Of a stretch of 64,000 nt of DNA, positions 16,811-25,331 are shown piece after piece. The notes under the pieces were generated by a model, which worked only from the letters and a program-made list of their open reading frames with translations, was not told where the DNA came from and did no database searches. Position 1 is the first letter of the stretch, and every line of letters begins with the position of its first letter. The stretch spans positions 78,544 through 142,543 of the forward strand of contig JAZSNU010000003.1 in assembly GCA_045536565.1 (NCBI GenBank), in the 5' to 3' direction. Both the position numbers and the translations under genes were made by a program. This DNA comes from Clostridia bacterium. GTDB taxonomy: Bacteria > Bacillota > Clostridia > TANB77 > CAG-465.

Positions 16811-18022
16811 ATGAAATTAAATTTAGATTATAGAAAGATAATATCAGAAGTAATAACAGCATCACTTATTATTATAATATCAGGTATTGCGATCTATTCA
16901 TTCATTGTAATATCAGATCAAGATGTGGATGTATATAATAGTAGTCAAAAAGTAGATGCTATAAAAGGAACAAATAAAATAGAAGAAGTTCTATCAATAA
17001 TACAAAGTAAATACATGGAAGATGTAGATGTAAATGATTTGGTAGATGGAGCAATAGAAGGAATATTTAATTCGGTAGAAGATAGTTATACAAGATATAT
17101 ATCAGCAGAAGAATATGCAGATATGTTAGAGTCTGGAAATGAAGAATATGTAGGAATTGGAGTGCATATAGCACAAAATTCAAACACAGGTGCTATGGTT
17201 ATAATAAGTGTAATGCCTAATTCTCCGGCTAAAGAGGCTGGAATTATATCAGGTGACATTATAACAAGTGTAGATAATGTAGAGGTGACAAAAGAAAATT
17301 ATTCAGAAAGAGTATCTGCTTTAAAAGGTGAAGAAGGAACGACAGCAAAGGTTATTATACAAAGAGGAGAAGAAAAAATAGAGAAGACAGTTACAAGAAA
17401 GAAAATAAATGCAAATAATGTAGAGTCTTCTGTAATATCAAGTGATATTGGGTATATCAGAATATTAGAATTTGAAAACAACATATATAATCAGTTTAAG
17501 GCAGAATATGAAGAACTTGTAAATAATAAAAAAGTTAGTGGACTAGTAATAGATGTAAGAAATAACCCAGGTGGGATAGTATCAGAAACAGTTAAGATAG
17601 CAGATTTATTATGTCCAGAAGGTAAAATAGTAGAGACAATATATAGAGATGGTACAAAAAAAGTATACATGTCAGATGCTAAAAAAGCAGATATTCCAAT
17701 AGTGGTATTAGTAAATGAGAATAGTGCAAGTGCAGCAGAGATTTTAGCTGGTGCTATAAAAGATTTAAAACAAGGTACACTAGTAGGAAAAAATACCTTT
17801 GGAAAAGGAGTAGTTCAATCAATAGTACCTTTAAGTGATGGAGCTGCTGTAAGCGTAACAACTGCTAAGTATTATACAGCATCTGGAATAGAAATACATG
17901 GAAATGGAATAAAACCTGATATTGAAATAGATATATCAGATGCAAATAGAGGACTTACAGTAGATTTTAACCAAGATGAACAATTGAGAAAGGCAATTGA
18001 TATTATAAACAGTAAAAAATAG
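16811..18022 (+). CDS. Carboxy-terminal processing (S41) peptidase with PDZ domain
   Basis: N-terminal TM anchor, a PDZ segment (PNSPAKEAGIISGDII), S41 motifs VIDVRNNPGG and NENSASAAEILAGA. Confidence 0.85.
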   Translation: MKLNLDYRKIISEVITASLIIIISGIAIYSFIVISDQDVDVYNSSQKVDAIKGTNKIEEVLSIIQSKYMEDVDVNDLVDGAIEGIFNSVEDSYTRYISAEEYADMLESGNEEYVGIGVHIAQNSNTGAMVIISVMPNSPAKEAGIISGDIITSVDNVEVTKENYSERVSALKGEEGTTAKVIIQRGEEKIEKTVTRKKINANNVESSVISSDIGYIRILEFENNIYNQFKAEYEELVNNKKVSGLVIDVRNNPGGIVSETVKIADLLCPEGKIVETIYRDGTKKVYMSDAKKADIPIVVLVNENSASAAEILAGAIKDLKQGTLVGKNTFGKGVVQSIVPLSDGAAVSVTTAKYYTASGIEIHGNGIKPDIEIDISDANRGLTVDFNQDEQLRKAIDIINSKK

Positions 18023-18106
18023 AATGTAACACAAATATTAAATAAGTGTAATTATTAATTGGGTGTTGGTGAAAATATTGTTTAAACCTTACATAATATT
18101 GAAATA

Positions 18107-18134
18107 AAAGGGCTTTTGTTAAAGCCCTTTTTTT
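18107..18134 (+). terminator. Intrinsic terminator after ctp
   Basis: Stem AAAGGGCTT/AAGCCCTTT followed by a T-run. Confidence 0.8.
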
Positions 18135-18161
18135 GACATTTTTAGCCCTTTATGCTATAAT
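18133..18161 (+). promoter_or_regulatory. Consensus sigma-A promoter of veg
   Basis: TTGACA, 17 nt, extended -10 TGcTATAAT. Confidence 0.7.
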
Positions 18162-18192
18162 TCGCCTTAGCAAGAGGTTATGAGGTGATGAT

Positions 18193-18483
18193 ATGATTTC
18201 TAAGAATTCATTACTTGAAGTAAAAAAACATATGGAAGGTTGTATAGGCCAAGAGATATATGTTAAAGCAAATCTTGGCAGAAATAAACAAATAGAAAAG
18301 AAAGGGACTATTGACGGCGTTTTCTCAAATCTTTTTGTTATAAAAGAGCAAGACACCGAGCATAAAATGTCATACACATATGCTGATATTTTAACTAATA
18401 ATCTTGAAATAACAATGTTAGATACTGGGGAACCAGTAATAGATTATCAAGTAGAAGTTCCTAAAAAATATACTAGACTATAA
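18193..18483 (+). CDS. veg: Veg protein (DUF1021)
   Basis: LLEVKKHMEGCIGQEIYVKANLGRNKQIEKKGTIDGVFSNLFVIK...MSYTYADILTNNLEI parallels B. subtilis Veg. Confidence 0.8.
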   Translation: MISKNSLLEVKKHMEGCIGQEIYVKANLGRNKQIEKKGTIDGVFSNLFVIKEQDTEHKMSYTYADILTNNLEITMLDTGEPVIDYQVEVPKKYTRL

Positions 18484-18506
18484 AAAATATAAATAGTAGA
18501 TATATT

Positions 18507-18542
18507 CAAACATTATCAAATTATTGGTAATGTTTGTTTTTT
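18507..18542 (+). terminator. Intrinsic terminator after veg
   Basis: 11-bp stem CAAACATTATC/GGTAATGTTTG (one G-U pair) followed by a T-run. Confidence 0.75.
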
Positions 18543-18602
18543 ATTGGTATAAAAACAAAATAAGCTTAATATATATGTACTAAATAAATAAGGAGGGTCT
18601 TT

Positions 18603-20129
18603 ATGCCAATAAACATAGATAAACAAAAAATAATAGTAAATAAAAATATAATTAAGGGAGCGGTTTCTACTTGGATAGAACAAGATTTGCTGGTACCTGA
18701 TACAAAACCTGATGTTATGAAAATTATTAGAGTAGATGGTAATGTATATATAACATCTACTGAGGTTATGAACGGGAGTATTAGAGTAAGTGGTCAAATT
18801 GCATACTACATTATATATACATCAGAAGAAGGAGAAGTAAGAGGAATAAATACTATATACCCATTTGTTAAAGTAATTGAAGATAAGAATATAACAAATG
18901 TTATGAGAATAAGAATTAAACCTGTCGTTAAAAATATAATTTACTCAGTACCTAATGAAAGAAAAATAGCTATAAAGACTGAGGTTTTGTTTAAATACAA
19001 ATTGTCTGAAATAGGGGAAGTAGAAATATTAAATAGAATAGATGATTGTAAAGGACTTGAATGTAAAAAAGTAAAGGATAGTTTCTTTAATATTATAGAA
19101 TATAAGAAAGAAACATTTGATACAAGAGAAGATATTATGATTCCTGAGGGACTTCCTGCTATTTATGAAATACTTAGAGTATCAACTGATATAGTAAATG
19201 CTGAATACAAAGTAAGTTATAACAAGATATTAATAAAAGGTGAGATAAAAACAACAATTATTTATACTGCGATAAATGATAATAAAGAAATATATAGCTA
19301 CGAAACAAATATACCGTTTACAGGGATGGTAGAGTTTTCTAATATATCAGATTCTTCTAAATTTGATATACAGTATTTACTTAAAAACTTTGATGTAACG
19401 CTAGACACTTCAAGTGAAAACCCAAGAATGATAAACATATCAGCAGAAGTTATAGCAGATGTTATGATGTATGAAGAAAAAGAGTTAGAATATATTGAAG
19501 ATTTTTATAGTATGGAGGATAATTTAGAATACGATAAAAATAATGTGTCAATTATTAAGAATAAAGAAAAAATAGAGAAGAACATATCTTTAAAGGATAA
19601 TATAGGTGTAGTTCCAGATGGAGCAAGATTACTTGACTATACAGTAGATATATCAAATTTAACAACTAAAATATCGGGTTCTAATGTGTACATTAATGGT
19701 AATATTAAAATAAATTTAATGTATGAGGTGCAAGATAATAGAAAAGTTGAAAGTAAAACATTTGATATGCTAGTTGATACTGTCGTTGAACTTCCAAAAG
19801 ATGTTGATGAAAAGTATGTAAATGTAAATCTTGAACTTATAAGGGGAATAGTAAGATTAAATGGTAATAGTTTGGAAGCAGACATTGAAATGGTAGCAAA
19901 TATAGATGTTGATAATGTGGAAAATATAAATCAAATTGGCAATATTAAAGAAGAAAAAATAGATACAAGTATGTTTGATAGTATGAATATATATATAGTT
20001 AAAAAAGGCGATAATCTTTGGGATATAGCAAAAAAATATAAAACAAGTGTAGCAAAAATTGCTAATATTAATGACTTATCTAATGAAAACAAATTAGATG
20101 TTGGTCAAAAAATATTAATTATTAGGTAG
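18603..20129 (+). CDS. Sporulation protein with repeated beta-rich (DUF3794-like) modules and C-terminal LysM; SipL-like
   Basis: 508 aa. C-terminal LysM (YIVKKGDNLWDIAKKYKTSVAKIANINDL...LDVGQKILI). Size, architecture and the veg neighbourhood resemble clostridial SipL, recalled from memory. Confidence 0.55.
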   Translation: MPINIDKQKIIVNKNIIKGAVSTWIEQDLLVPDTKPDVMKIIRVDGNVYITSTEVMNGSIRVSGQIAYYIIYTSEEGEVRGINTIYPFVKVIEDKNITNVMRIRIKPVVKNIIYSVPNERKIAIKTEVLFKYKLSEIGEVEILNRIDDCKGLECKKVKDSFFNIIEYKKETFDTREDIMIPEGLPAIYEILRVSTDIVNAEYKVSYNKILIKGEIKTTIIYTAINDNKEIYSYETNIPFTGMVEFSNISDSSKFDIQYLLKNFDVTLDTSSENPRMINISAEVIADVMMYEEKELEYIEDFYSMEDNLEYDKNNVSIIKNKEKIEKNISLKDNIGVVPDGARLLDYTVDISNLTTKISGSNVYINGNIKINLMYEVQDNRKVESKTFDMLVDTVVELPKDVDEKYVNVNLELIRGIVRLNGNSLEADIEMVANIDVDNVENINQIGNIKEEKIDTSMFDSMNIYIVKKGDNLWDIAKKYKTSVAKIANINDLSNENKLDVGQKILIIR

Positions 20130-20133
20130 GATA

Positions 20134-20823
20134 ATGAGAGCAAAATACTATTATAGATTGTTTGGGCAAATGCACATAAGAAGGGCATTTGCCTTTATTT
20201 TAATATTAACAGGAATATTCATACTTTTTTATTTGTATTTCATAAATCAAGTAAGCCCAACAATAAAAACATTAAGTGATACAAGAGCAAAAGCAATAGC
20301 ACTTAAAGCAACAAATGAGGCAGTAATAGAGAGGATAGAAAAAATCAAATATGATAATTTGATACATATAACAACTGATAGTAATGGTAATGTTAAAGCT
20401 GTAAATGCAGATGTTATTGAAATGAATAAATTAGCAACTGAGATAACAAGTGATATACAGCATAAATTGATAAAAATGGAAGATACAGATATACAAATAC
20501 CATTAGGTAGATTTTTAGGTTTGTCAGTATTTTCAGGATATGGTCCTAAAATAACTGTAAGAGCGATACCAACAGGAAATGTTTCGGTAGATTTTAAAAC
20601 TGAATTTAAATCAGAAGGAATAAATCAAACAAGACATAGAATATATCTACAAATAAAAACAAGTGTAAGGACGGTAGCGCCGTTTATTAGTGATATAGTA
20701 CCATTTGAAACTGATATGACGGTTGCAGAAACTGTAATAGTCGGTGATATACCAAATTCGTATTATAACTTAGAAGGAGTTGAAAATATGGATAAACTAG
20801 ATACCACTGAATTTATGGAATAA
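20134..20823 (+). CDS. yunB: Sporulation protein YunB
   Basis: N-terminal TM helix. GINQTRHRIYLQIKTSV...VAETVIVGDIPNSY matches the YunB family pattern. Confidence 0.7.
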   Translation: MRAKYYYRLFGQMHIRRAFAFILILTGIFILFYLYFINQVSPTIKTLSDTRAKAIALKATNEAVIERIEKIKYDNLIHITTDSNGNVKAVNADVIEMNKLATEITSDIQHKLIKMEDTDIQIPLGRFLGLSVFSGYGPKITVRAIPTGNVSVDFKTEFKSEGINQTRHRIYLQIKTSVRTVAPFISDIVPFETDMTVAETVIVGDIPNSYYNLEGVENMDKLDTTEFME

Positions 20824-20825
20824 TA

Positions 20826-20850
20826 AAAGCAGTTCGAAATGAACTGCTTT
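20826..20850. terminator. Bidirectional terminator between yunB and rpsI
   Basis: 10-bp stem AAAGCAGTTC/GAACTGCTTT. Confidence 0.7.
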
Positions 20851-20863
20851 GTATATCCAAATA

Positions 20864-21268
20864 TTATCTCTTTGAGAATTGTGGAGCTTTTCTTGCTTTC
20901 TTTAAACCATATTTTCTTCTTTCTTTTACTCTAGAATCTCTAGTTAAAAGACCGTTTCTCTTAATAACTCCTCTAGCTTCTTCACTAGTTGTAGCAAGAG
21001 CTTTTGCTATACCATGAGCAACAGCACCAGCTTGTGAAGAGAATCCGCCACCTTTAACAGTAGCTATAACATCATATTTTTCAGCTAGGTTTGCAACATT
21101 AATAGGCTTCATTATAACTGCTTTTAATGTTTCTAAACTGTAAAAATCATTGATATCTTTTTTGTTTATAGTTATTTTACCAGTACCTGGTGTTATTCTA
21201 ACTCTTGCAATAGATGATTTTCTTTTACCTGTTGCATATATAAATTTCTTTTCTGAATTCTTTGGCAT
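20864..21268 (-). CDS. rpsI: 30S ribosomal protein S9
   Basis: GTGKRKSSIARVRI...GGGFSSQAGAVAHGIAKAL...LTRDSRVKERRKYGLKKARKAPQFSKR. Confidence 0.95.
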   Translation of the reverse strand: MPKNSEKKFIYATGKRKSSIARVRITPGTGKITINKKDINDFYSLETLKAVIMKPINVANLAEKYDVIATVKGGGFSSQAGAVAHGIAKALATTSEEARGVIKRNGLLTRDSRVKERRKYGLKKARKAPQFSKR

Positions 21269-21284
21269 TGTTAATTACCTCCCA

Positions 21285-21719
21285 CTAAAAATTCCATACT
21301 TCAGGTTGTTGAGCTTGGTTTTCATGCTCGCTACCTTTGTATGCTCTTACTTTTGTAAGCATTTTTCTTCCTAAGTTGTTTTTAGGTAACATACCTTTAA
21401 CTGCTAAAAGAAGAACTTTATCAGATTTATTAGCCATCATATCTTTTGCTGATACTTCTTTCATACCACCAACATATCCTGAATGATGTCTATATACTTT
21501 TTGGTTTATTTTGTTTCCAGTTAAAACCATTTTATCAGTATTTATAACGATTACATGATCACCACAATCAATGTGTGTTGAGAAAGTTGGTTTGTGTTTT
21601 CCTCTAACAAGTCTAGCAACTTCTGTTGCAACTCTTCCAAGTGGTTTGTTTTCTGCATCGATAATATACCATTTTTTTTCAATTTCATTTAATTTAACAC
21701 TATGAGTCTTGTTATTCAT
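21285..21719 (-). CDS. rplM: 50S ribosomal protein L13
   Basis: KKWYIIDAENKPLGRVATEVARLVRGKHKPTF..H.DCGDHVIVIN...YRHHSGYVGG. Confidence 0.95.
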   Translation of the reverse strand: MNNKTHSVKLNEIEKKWYIIDAENKPLGRVATEVARLVRGKHKPTFSTHIDCGDHVIVINTDKMVLTGNKINQKVYRHHSGYVGGMKEVSAKDMMANKSDKVLLLAVKGMLPKNNLGRKMLTKVRAYKGSEHENQAQQPEVWNF

Positions 21720-21752
21720 TGAAGATTTCCTCCTATTTACTATTTAATTACT

Positions 21753-21787
21753 AATGTACTAGAATCCGGGGTGTTCTAGTTTACATT
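21753..21787 (-). promoter_or_regulatory. 5' leader hairpin of rplM (candidate L13 ribosomal-protein leader)
   Basis: On the minus strand, a 12-bp stem AATGTA(AA)CTAGAA/TTCTAGTACATT with a C-rich loop CACCCCGGA, between the promoter and the RBS. Confidence 0.35.
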
Positions 21788-21801
21788 AACATTGCCTATA
21801 T

Positions 21802-21830
21802 ATTTTACAACAAAATTTTCATAAAGTCAA
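21802..21830 (-). promoter_or_regulatory. Sigma-A promoter of rplM-rpsI
   Basis: Minus strand: TTGACT, 17 nt, TAAAAT. Confidence 0.55.
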
Positions 21831-22000
21831 ATAAAATAGAGAAAAAATATATAAAAATTATGTTGTTTAAGTCTTTTATATTGATACTTGATAGATAGTA
21901 CAAAAATAAATTATAAAAAATGTCAAAATATTAAAAATTAATTGTATATTTTTTTTATATATGATAGGATATAAAATGAAAATAATCTAAGGAGGAAGAT

Positions 22001-23761
22001 ATGTTCGGCGAAAGAGAGTTGTCGGGAGATCTAGGGGATAACTTTGTTGATATTGATATAAAGGAAGATAAAAAAAAGAATAAAGAAATTGAAGATATTG
22101 TAGCATATTTAATGCTATATACTAACGATGCTAATGCACTTACAAGAAAATATACTGAACTTTTAATGGATGATAATGTAATTAGTATATTTACCAATTT
22201 AAGTCACAATACTATATTTATGGAACATTTTCCTGAATTTTATGAAAAAAACATAAATGGTGAGAATGTTATAAATTGTCAGCAAAATAGTAAATATCAT
22301 AAATATGGTGTTTTTAGACATATATTATATACAATTGAAATTGTTGGAAAAGAAAGTATACAAAGAAATAGTTTTGAGCTAAAAATATTAAAATGGGCTA
22401 TGTTTTTGCATGATGTTGGAAAACCTTATGTTAAAGTAATAGATGCAAATGGAAATGATTCTTTTGCAGGACATGATGATAAATCAGTAGAAATAGCATC
22501 TGGCATACTTGATAGATTTACATTTAGCGAAGAGGAAAAAAATATTATTTTAACACTAATTAAGTATCATGATAGATATCTAAATGAAGGCGAATTAACA
22601 TTTGACAATATGAGTTTTCTTGCAAAGGAATTAGGTAATAGAAAAGATTTATTCTATATGCTTGTAGATGTAAAGATAGCAGATAGTAAAGCAAAAACAT
22701 TAGAAGTATACAATAAATTTATGACTATTGTTGATAAATATTATAATTTTGCAAATCAATATTTTGCTAATATGGGGATGGTTGCATCTGATTATATAAG
22801 TGGAGAGGCTCCTAATATTGTTCTGGAAATGGCAGGAGTAGATGTAAATAAAGTTACATTGGATATGGAAGAAAGCGTTGATTTAGAAGATAGTATTGCA
22901 AACACGGAAACAATAAAACATGACAATAAAATAGACGAAAGTATTATACCTTCACTAGATAATAATGTGGAGATCTTTGAAGAAATAAATGATGAAGATT
23001 TCAAAAAAATATATAGCGAATTACTAGAAAGAAAATTAATATATCCAGTATATCAGCCTATTATAGACATAAATGAAGGTAAGTATTATGGATTTGAGAG
23101 TTTTAATAGAATAGCATACGAAAAAAATGTTAAAATCTTTGATTTTATACAAAAATCCAAAGATTATGATAAATATGATAAAGTACAACAACTATTGTTT
23201 GTAAATTCTATTGATAACTTTTTAGAAATTAAGGCTAATGAAAATAGCAGGATATTTGCTTCAATTGATGTTAAAAGTTACATGAAATATCCAAACAAAC
23301 CAAGAATATATGATTTGATGGATAAGGTTGAAGTTATAGTAGAACTTAGCAATTATGATTCTATTGCCTTATCTGAGTTGCAAAACTGTATAGGTGATAT
23401 TAGAAAAAATGGCGGAAAAGTGTTGCTTAATTATTTTGGAACAAATAAATTCACATTAAATGACTTGGATTTGTTAGAAGTAGACTATGTTAAATATGAT
23501 CTTATATTATTAAACAATTTTGAGGAAAGCGAAGAAAACAAAAAATATTTATCTGAACTTTCAACTTATTGTTTATCAAAAGATATAGAGCTTGTAGTTA
23601 TAGGAGTTGAGAATTTTGAACAATTAAAAATTGTTAAAGATATGGGTGTAAAATATGTCCAAGGATACATATATGGAAAACCTAGTATTGAACTAGATAA
23701 ATCATCAAGTAGAGTTAAAGAGGTTAATGAAATACTAGAATCGGATGATAGCATAGTTTAA
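22001..23761 (+). CDS. HD-domain protein fused to a degenerate EAL domain
   Basis: HD region: YHKYGVFRH...FLHDVGKPY...FAGHDDKS...KYHDRYL. C-terminal EAL-like region: YQPIID...GFESFNR ... VKYD ... VIGVENFEQ ... VQGYIYGKP. Confidence 0.65.
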   Translation: MFGERELSGDLGDNFVDIDIKEDKKKNKEIEDIVAYLMLYTNDANALTRKYTELLMDDNVISIFTNLSHNTIFMEHFPEFYEKNINGENVINCQQNSKYHKYGVFRHILYTIEIVGKESIQRNSFELKILKWAMFLHDVGKPYVKVIDANGNDSFAGHDDKSVEIASGILDRFTFSEEEKNIILTLIKYHDRYLNEGELTFDNMSFLAKELGNRKDLFYMLVDVKIADSKAKTLEVYNKFMTIVDKYYNFANQYFANMGMVASDYISGEAPNIVLEMAGVDVNKVTLDMEESVDLEDSIANTETIKHDNKIDESIIPSLDNNVEIFEEINDEDFKKIYSELLERKLIYPVYQPIIDINEGKYYGFESFNRIAYEKNVKIFDFIQKSKDYDKYDKVQQLLFVNSIDNFLEIKANENSRIFASIDVKSYMKYPNKPRIYDLMDKVEVIVELSNYDSIALSELQNCIGDIRKNGGKVLLNYFGTNKFTLNDLDLLEVDYVKYDLILLNNFEESEENKKYLSELSTYCLSKDIELVVIGVENFEQLKIVKDMGVKYVQGYIYGKPSIELDKSSSRVKEVNEILESDDSIV

Positions 23762-23794
23762 AAGCACTAAAATTAATTAAAATATAATAAAAAA

Positions 23795-23827
23795 TGAAAA
23801 TCGTTTTGTTATGATTTTCGTTTTTTT
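23795..23827 (+). terminator. Intrinsic terminator
   Basis: Stem TGAAAATC/GATTTTCG followed by a T7 run. Confidence 0.65.
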
Positions 23828-23845
23828 ATACATAATAATATTATT

Positions 23846-24190
23846 ATGATATATTTGATAAGTTGTATAAGCGGCATTATAAATGGACTTTTTGCAGCGG
23901 CTGCTGGGCAAATAATGATATTTTATTTAGTATTTATATTGAAGATGGAATCTCACTCTGCCAGGGCAACAAGTATTTTTTCTATATCTATTATAACAAT
24001 AGTAAGTTTAATAGGATATTTAAAAATTGTGGATTTTAAAATAAAAAATGTTGCGGTAGTTGCTCTGTGTGGTTTTATTTTTGGTGTAGCAGGATCCGAA
24101 TTTATGAATAAAATTAAGTCTAATTATTTAAATCTTATCTCAGGACTTCTTGTCTTTGGACTAGGTATATATAATTTGTTTTTTAAGTAG
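23846..24190 (+). CDS. TSUP/TauE (DUF81) family membrane protein, half-size (4 TM), first half
   Basis: 114 aa with four hydrophobic helices. G..NGLFAAAAGQ and ARATS motifs resemble the TauE N-terminal half. Confidence 0.6.
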   Translation: MIYLISCISGIINGLFAAAAGQIMIFYLVFILKMESHSARATSIFSISIITIVSLIGYLKIVDFKIKNVAVVALCGFIFGVAGSEFMNKIKSNYLNLISGLLVFGLGIYNLFFK

Positions 24191-24198
24191 GTAATAAC

Positions 24199-24588
24199 AT
24201 GGATTGGAAATTTATATTGATATCGAGTGTTTCGTGCCTTTTGGCTGGTATGGGACTTGGTGGTGGAAGTTTGTTTATAATATTTGGAATGTTGTTTTTA
24301 GATTTCCCTCATAAAGAACTTCAAGGACTTAATTTAATAATGTTTATAGCATCAGGGTTTTCTGCAACTATATCGAATTTTAAAAATAAAATAATTGATA
24401 AAAAAATTTCAAAAAAAATACTACCATGCCTAATAATTGGAAGTATAGTTGGAGTATATATAGCATCTAAGATTAAAGAGGATAACCTTAGAAAATATTT
24501 TTTGTGGTTTATTACAATAATAGGATTATATGAAATAATTTCAAGTTTAATTGATATAAAAAAAGGAAAAAATAATAATGAAAATTAG
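24199..24588 (+). CDS. TSUP/TauE (DUF81) family membrane protein, half-size, second half
   Basis: 129 aa. LLAGMGLGGGSLFI is the GxGGG TauE motif. It starts 8 nt after the previous stop, in a different frame. Confidence 0.6.
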   Translation: MDWKFILISSVSCLLAGMGLGGGSLFIIFGMLFLDFPHKELQGLNLIMFIASGFSATISNFKNKIIDKKISKKILPCLIIGSIVGVYIASKIKEDNLRKYFLWFITIIGLYEIISSLIDIKKGKNNNEN

Positions 24589-24602
24589 AAAGGAGAAATG
24601 TT

Positions 24603-24752
24603 ATGAAATTTGTTAAAGGAATGATGATTGGTATAACTTTTGGTGCTGTAATGGGCATGGCAATAGGTGCAATGAATAGTGACTCATTATGTGGAGCGAT
24701 AAAAACTGGAAAAAAGGAAATAAAAAGATTCAAAAGAAAGTATTGTTCGTAA
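24603..24752 (+). CDS. 49-aa small membrane protein (not in the ORF track)
   Basis: AGGAGAAATG RBS. MKFVKGMMIGITFGAVMGMAIGAMNSDSLCGAIKTGKKEIKRFKRKYCS is a Gly-zipper TM helix plus a basic tail. Confidence 0.45.
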   Translation: MKFVKGMMIGITFGAVMGMAIGAMNSDSLCGAIKTGKKEIKRFKRKYCS

Positions 24753-24774
24753 AATCAAATAGTAATTTAAAATA

Positions 24775-24810
24775 AGCCATTGTTTTGAAATATAGACAAT
24801 GGCTATTTTT
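24775..24810 (+). terminator. Intrinsic terminator
   Basis: 9-bp stem AGCCATTGT/ACAATGGCT followed by a T-run. Confidence 0.75.
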
Positions 24811-24958
24811 GCGTTTTTAATAAATTAAATAAAAACGCTTATATATAAAGAAATTTTACATTAATTTTTACCATAATTACTTGCTATTTGAGAGTTGGTA
24901 TAGTAAAATATATATGTTAAGAAAGATATAAAATAATGTATGCTTTTAGGAGGTAACT

Positions 24959-25285
24959 ATGGTTTATAATAAACTTATGAAAGTGTGTGTTTGTATAGCA
25001 CTTTTTATGTTGGTAATTTCAAATGTGCTTTTTGCAACAACTTCACTTGGAACAAATAATGATGAAGTATATAACACTATTATGAAAATATTATTAAAAA
25101 TACAAAAATATTCTTGGCCAGTAGCAGTTATAATATTTATATATGCTATTTACCAATATTATATTATTGGGTCAGAAGCATTTGAACATAAAGTATCTGG
25201 GCAAAGGCTAATACTAGGATTGTCAGTATTTATGGCAATACTTCAATCATTGCCTTTGTTATATGCTTTTATAATAACTAAGTAA
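24959..25285 (+). CDS. Small secreted/membrane protein (signal peptide plus two TM helices)
   Basis: AGGAGG RBS. 108 aa with a hydrophobic N-terminus and two further TM segments. No family recognised. Confidence 0.5.
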   Translation: MVYNKLMKVCVCIALFMLVISNVLFATTSLGTNNDEVYNTIMKILLKIQKYSWPVAVIIFIYAIYQYYIIGSEAFEHKVSGQRLILGLSVFMAILQSLPLLYAFIITK

Positions 25286-25331
25286 AAAATTCAAACAAAA
25301 GATTTATATAAGAACATAGGTGGTGTAAATA

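Noticed and set aside
20864-21719. The minus-strand orientation of rplM-rpsI (and rpsU at 16383-16556) in a mainly plus-strand region, considered as evidence of an inversion.
   Set aside because: Each unit has its own intact promoter and terminator, and there are no flanking repeats. Without the replication origin position, orientation bias cannot be judged from this window.
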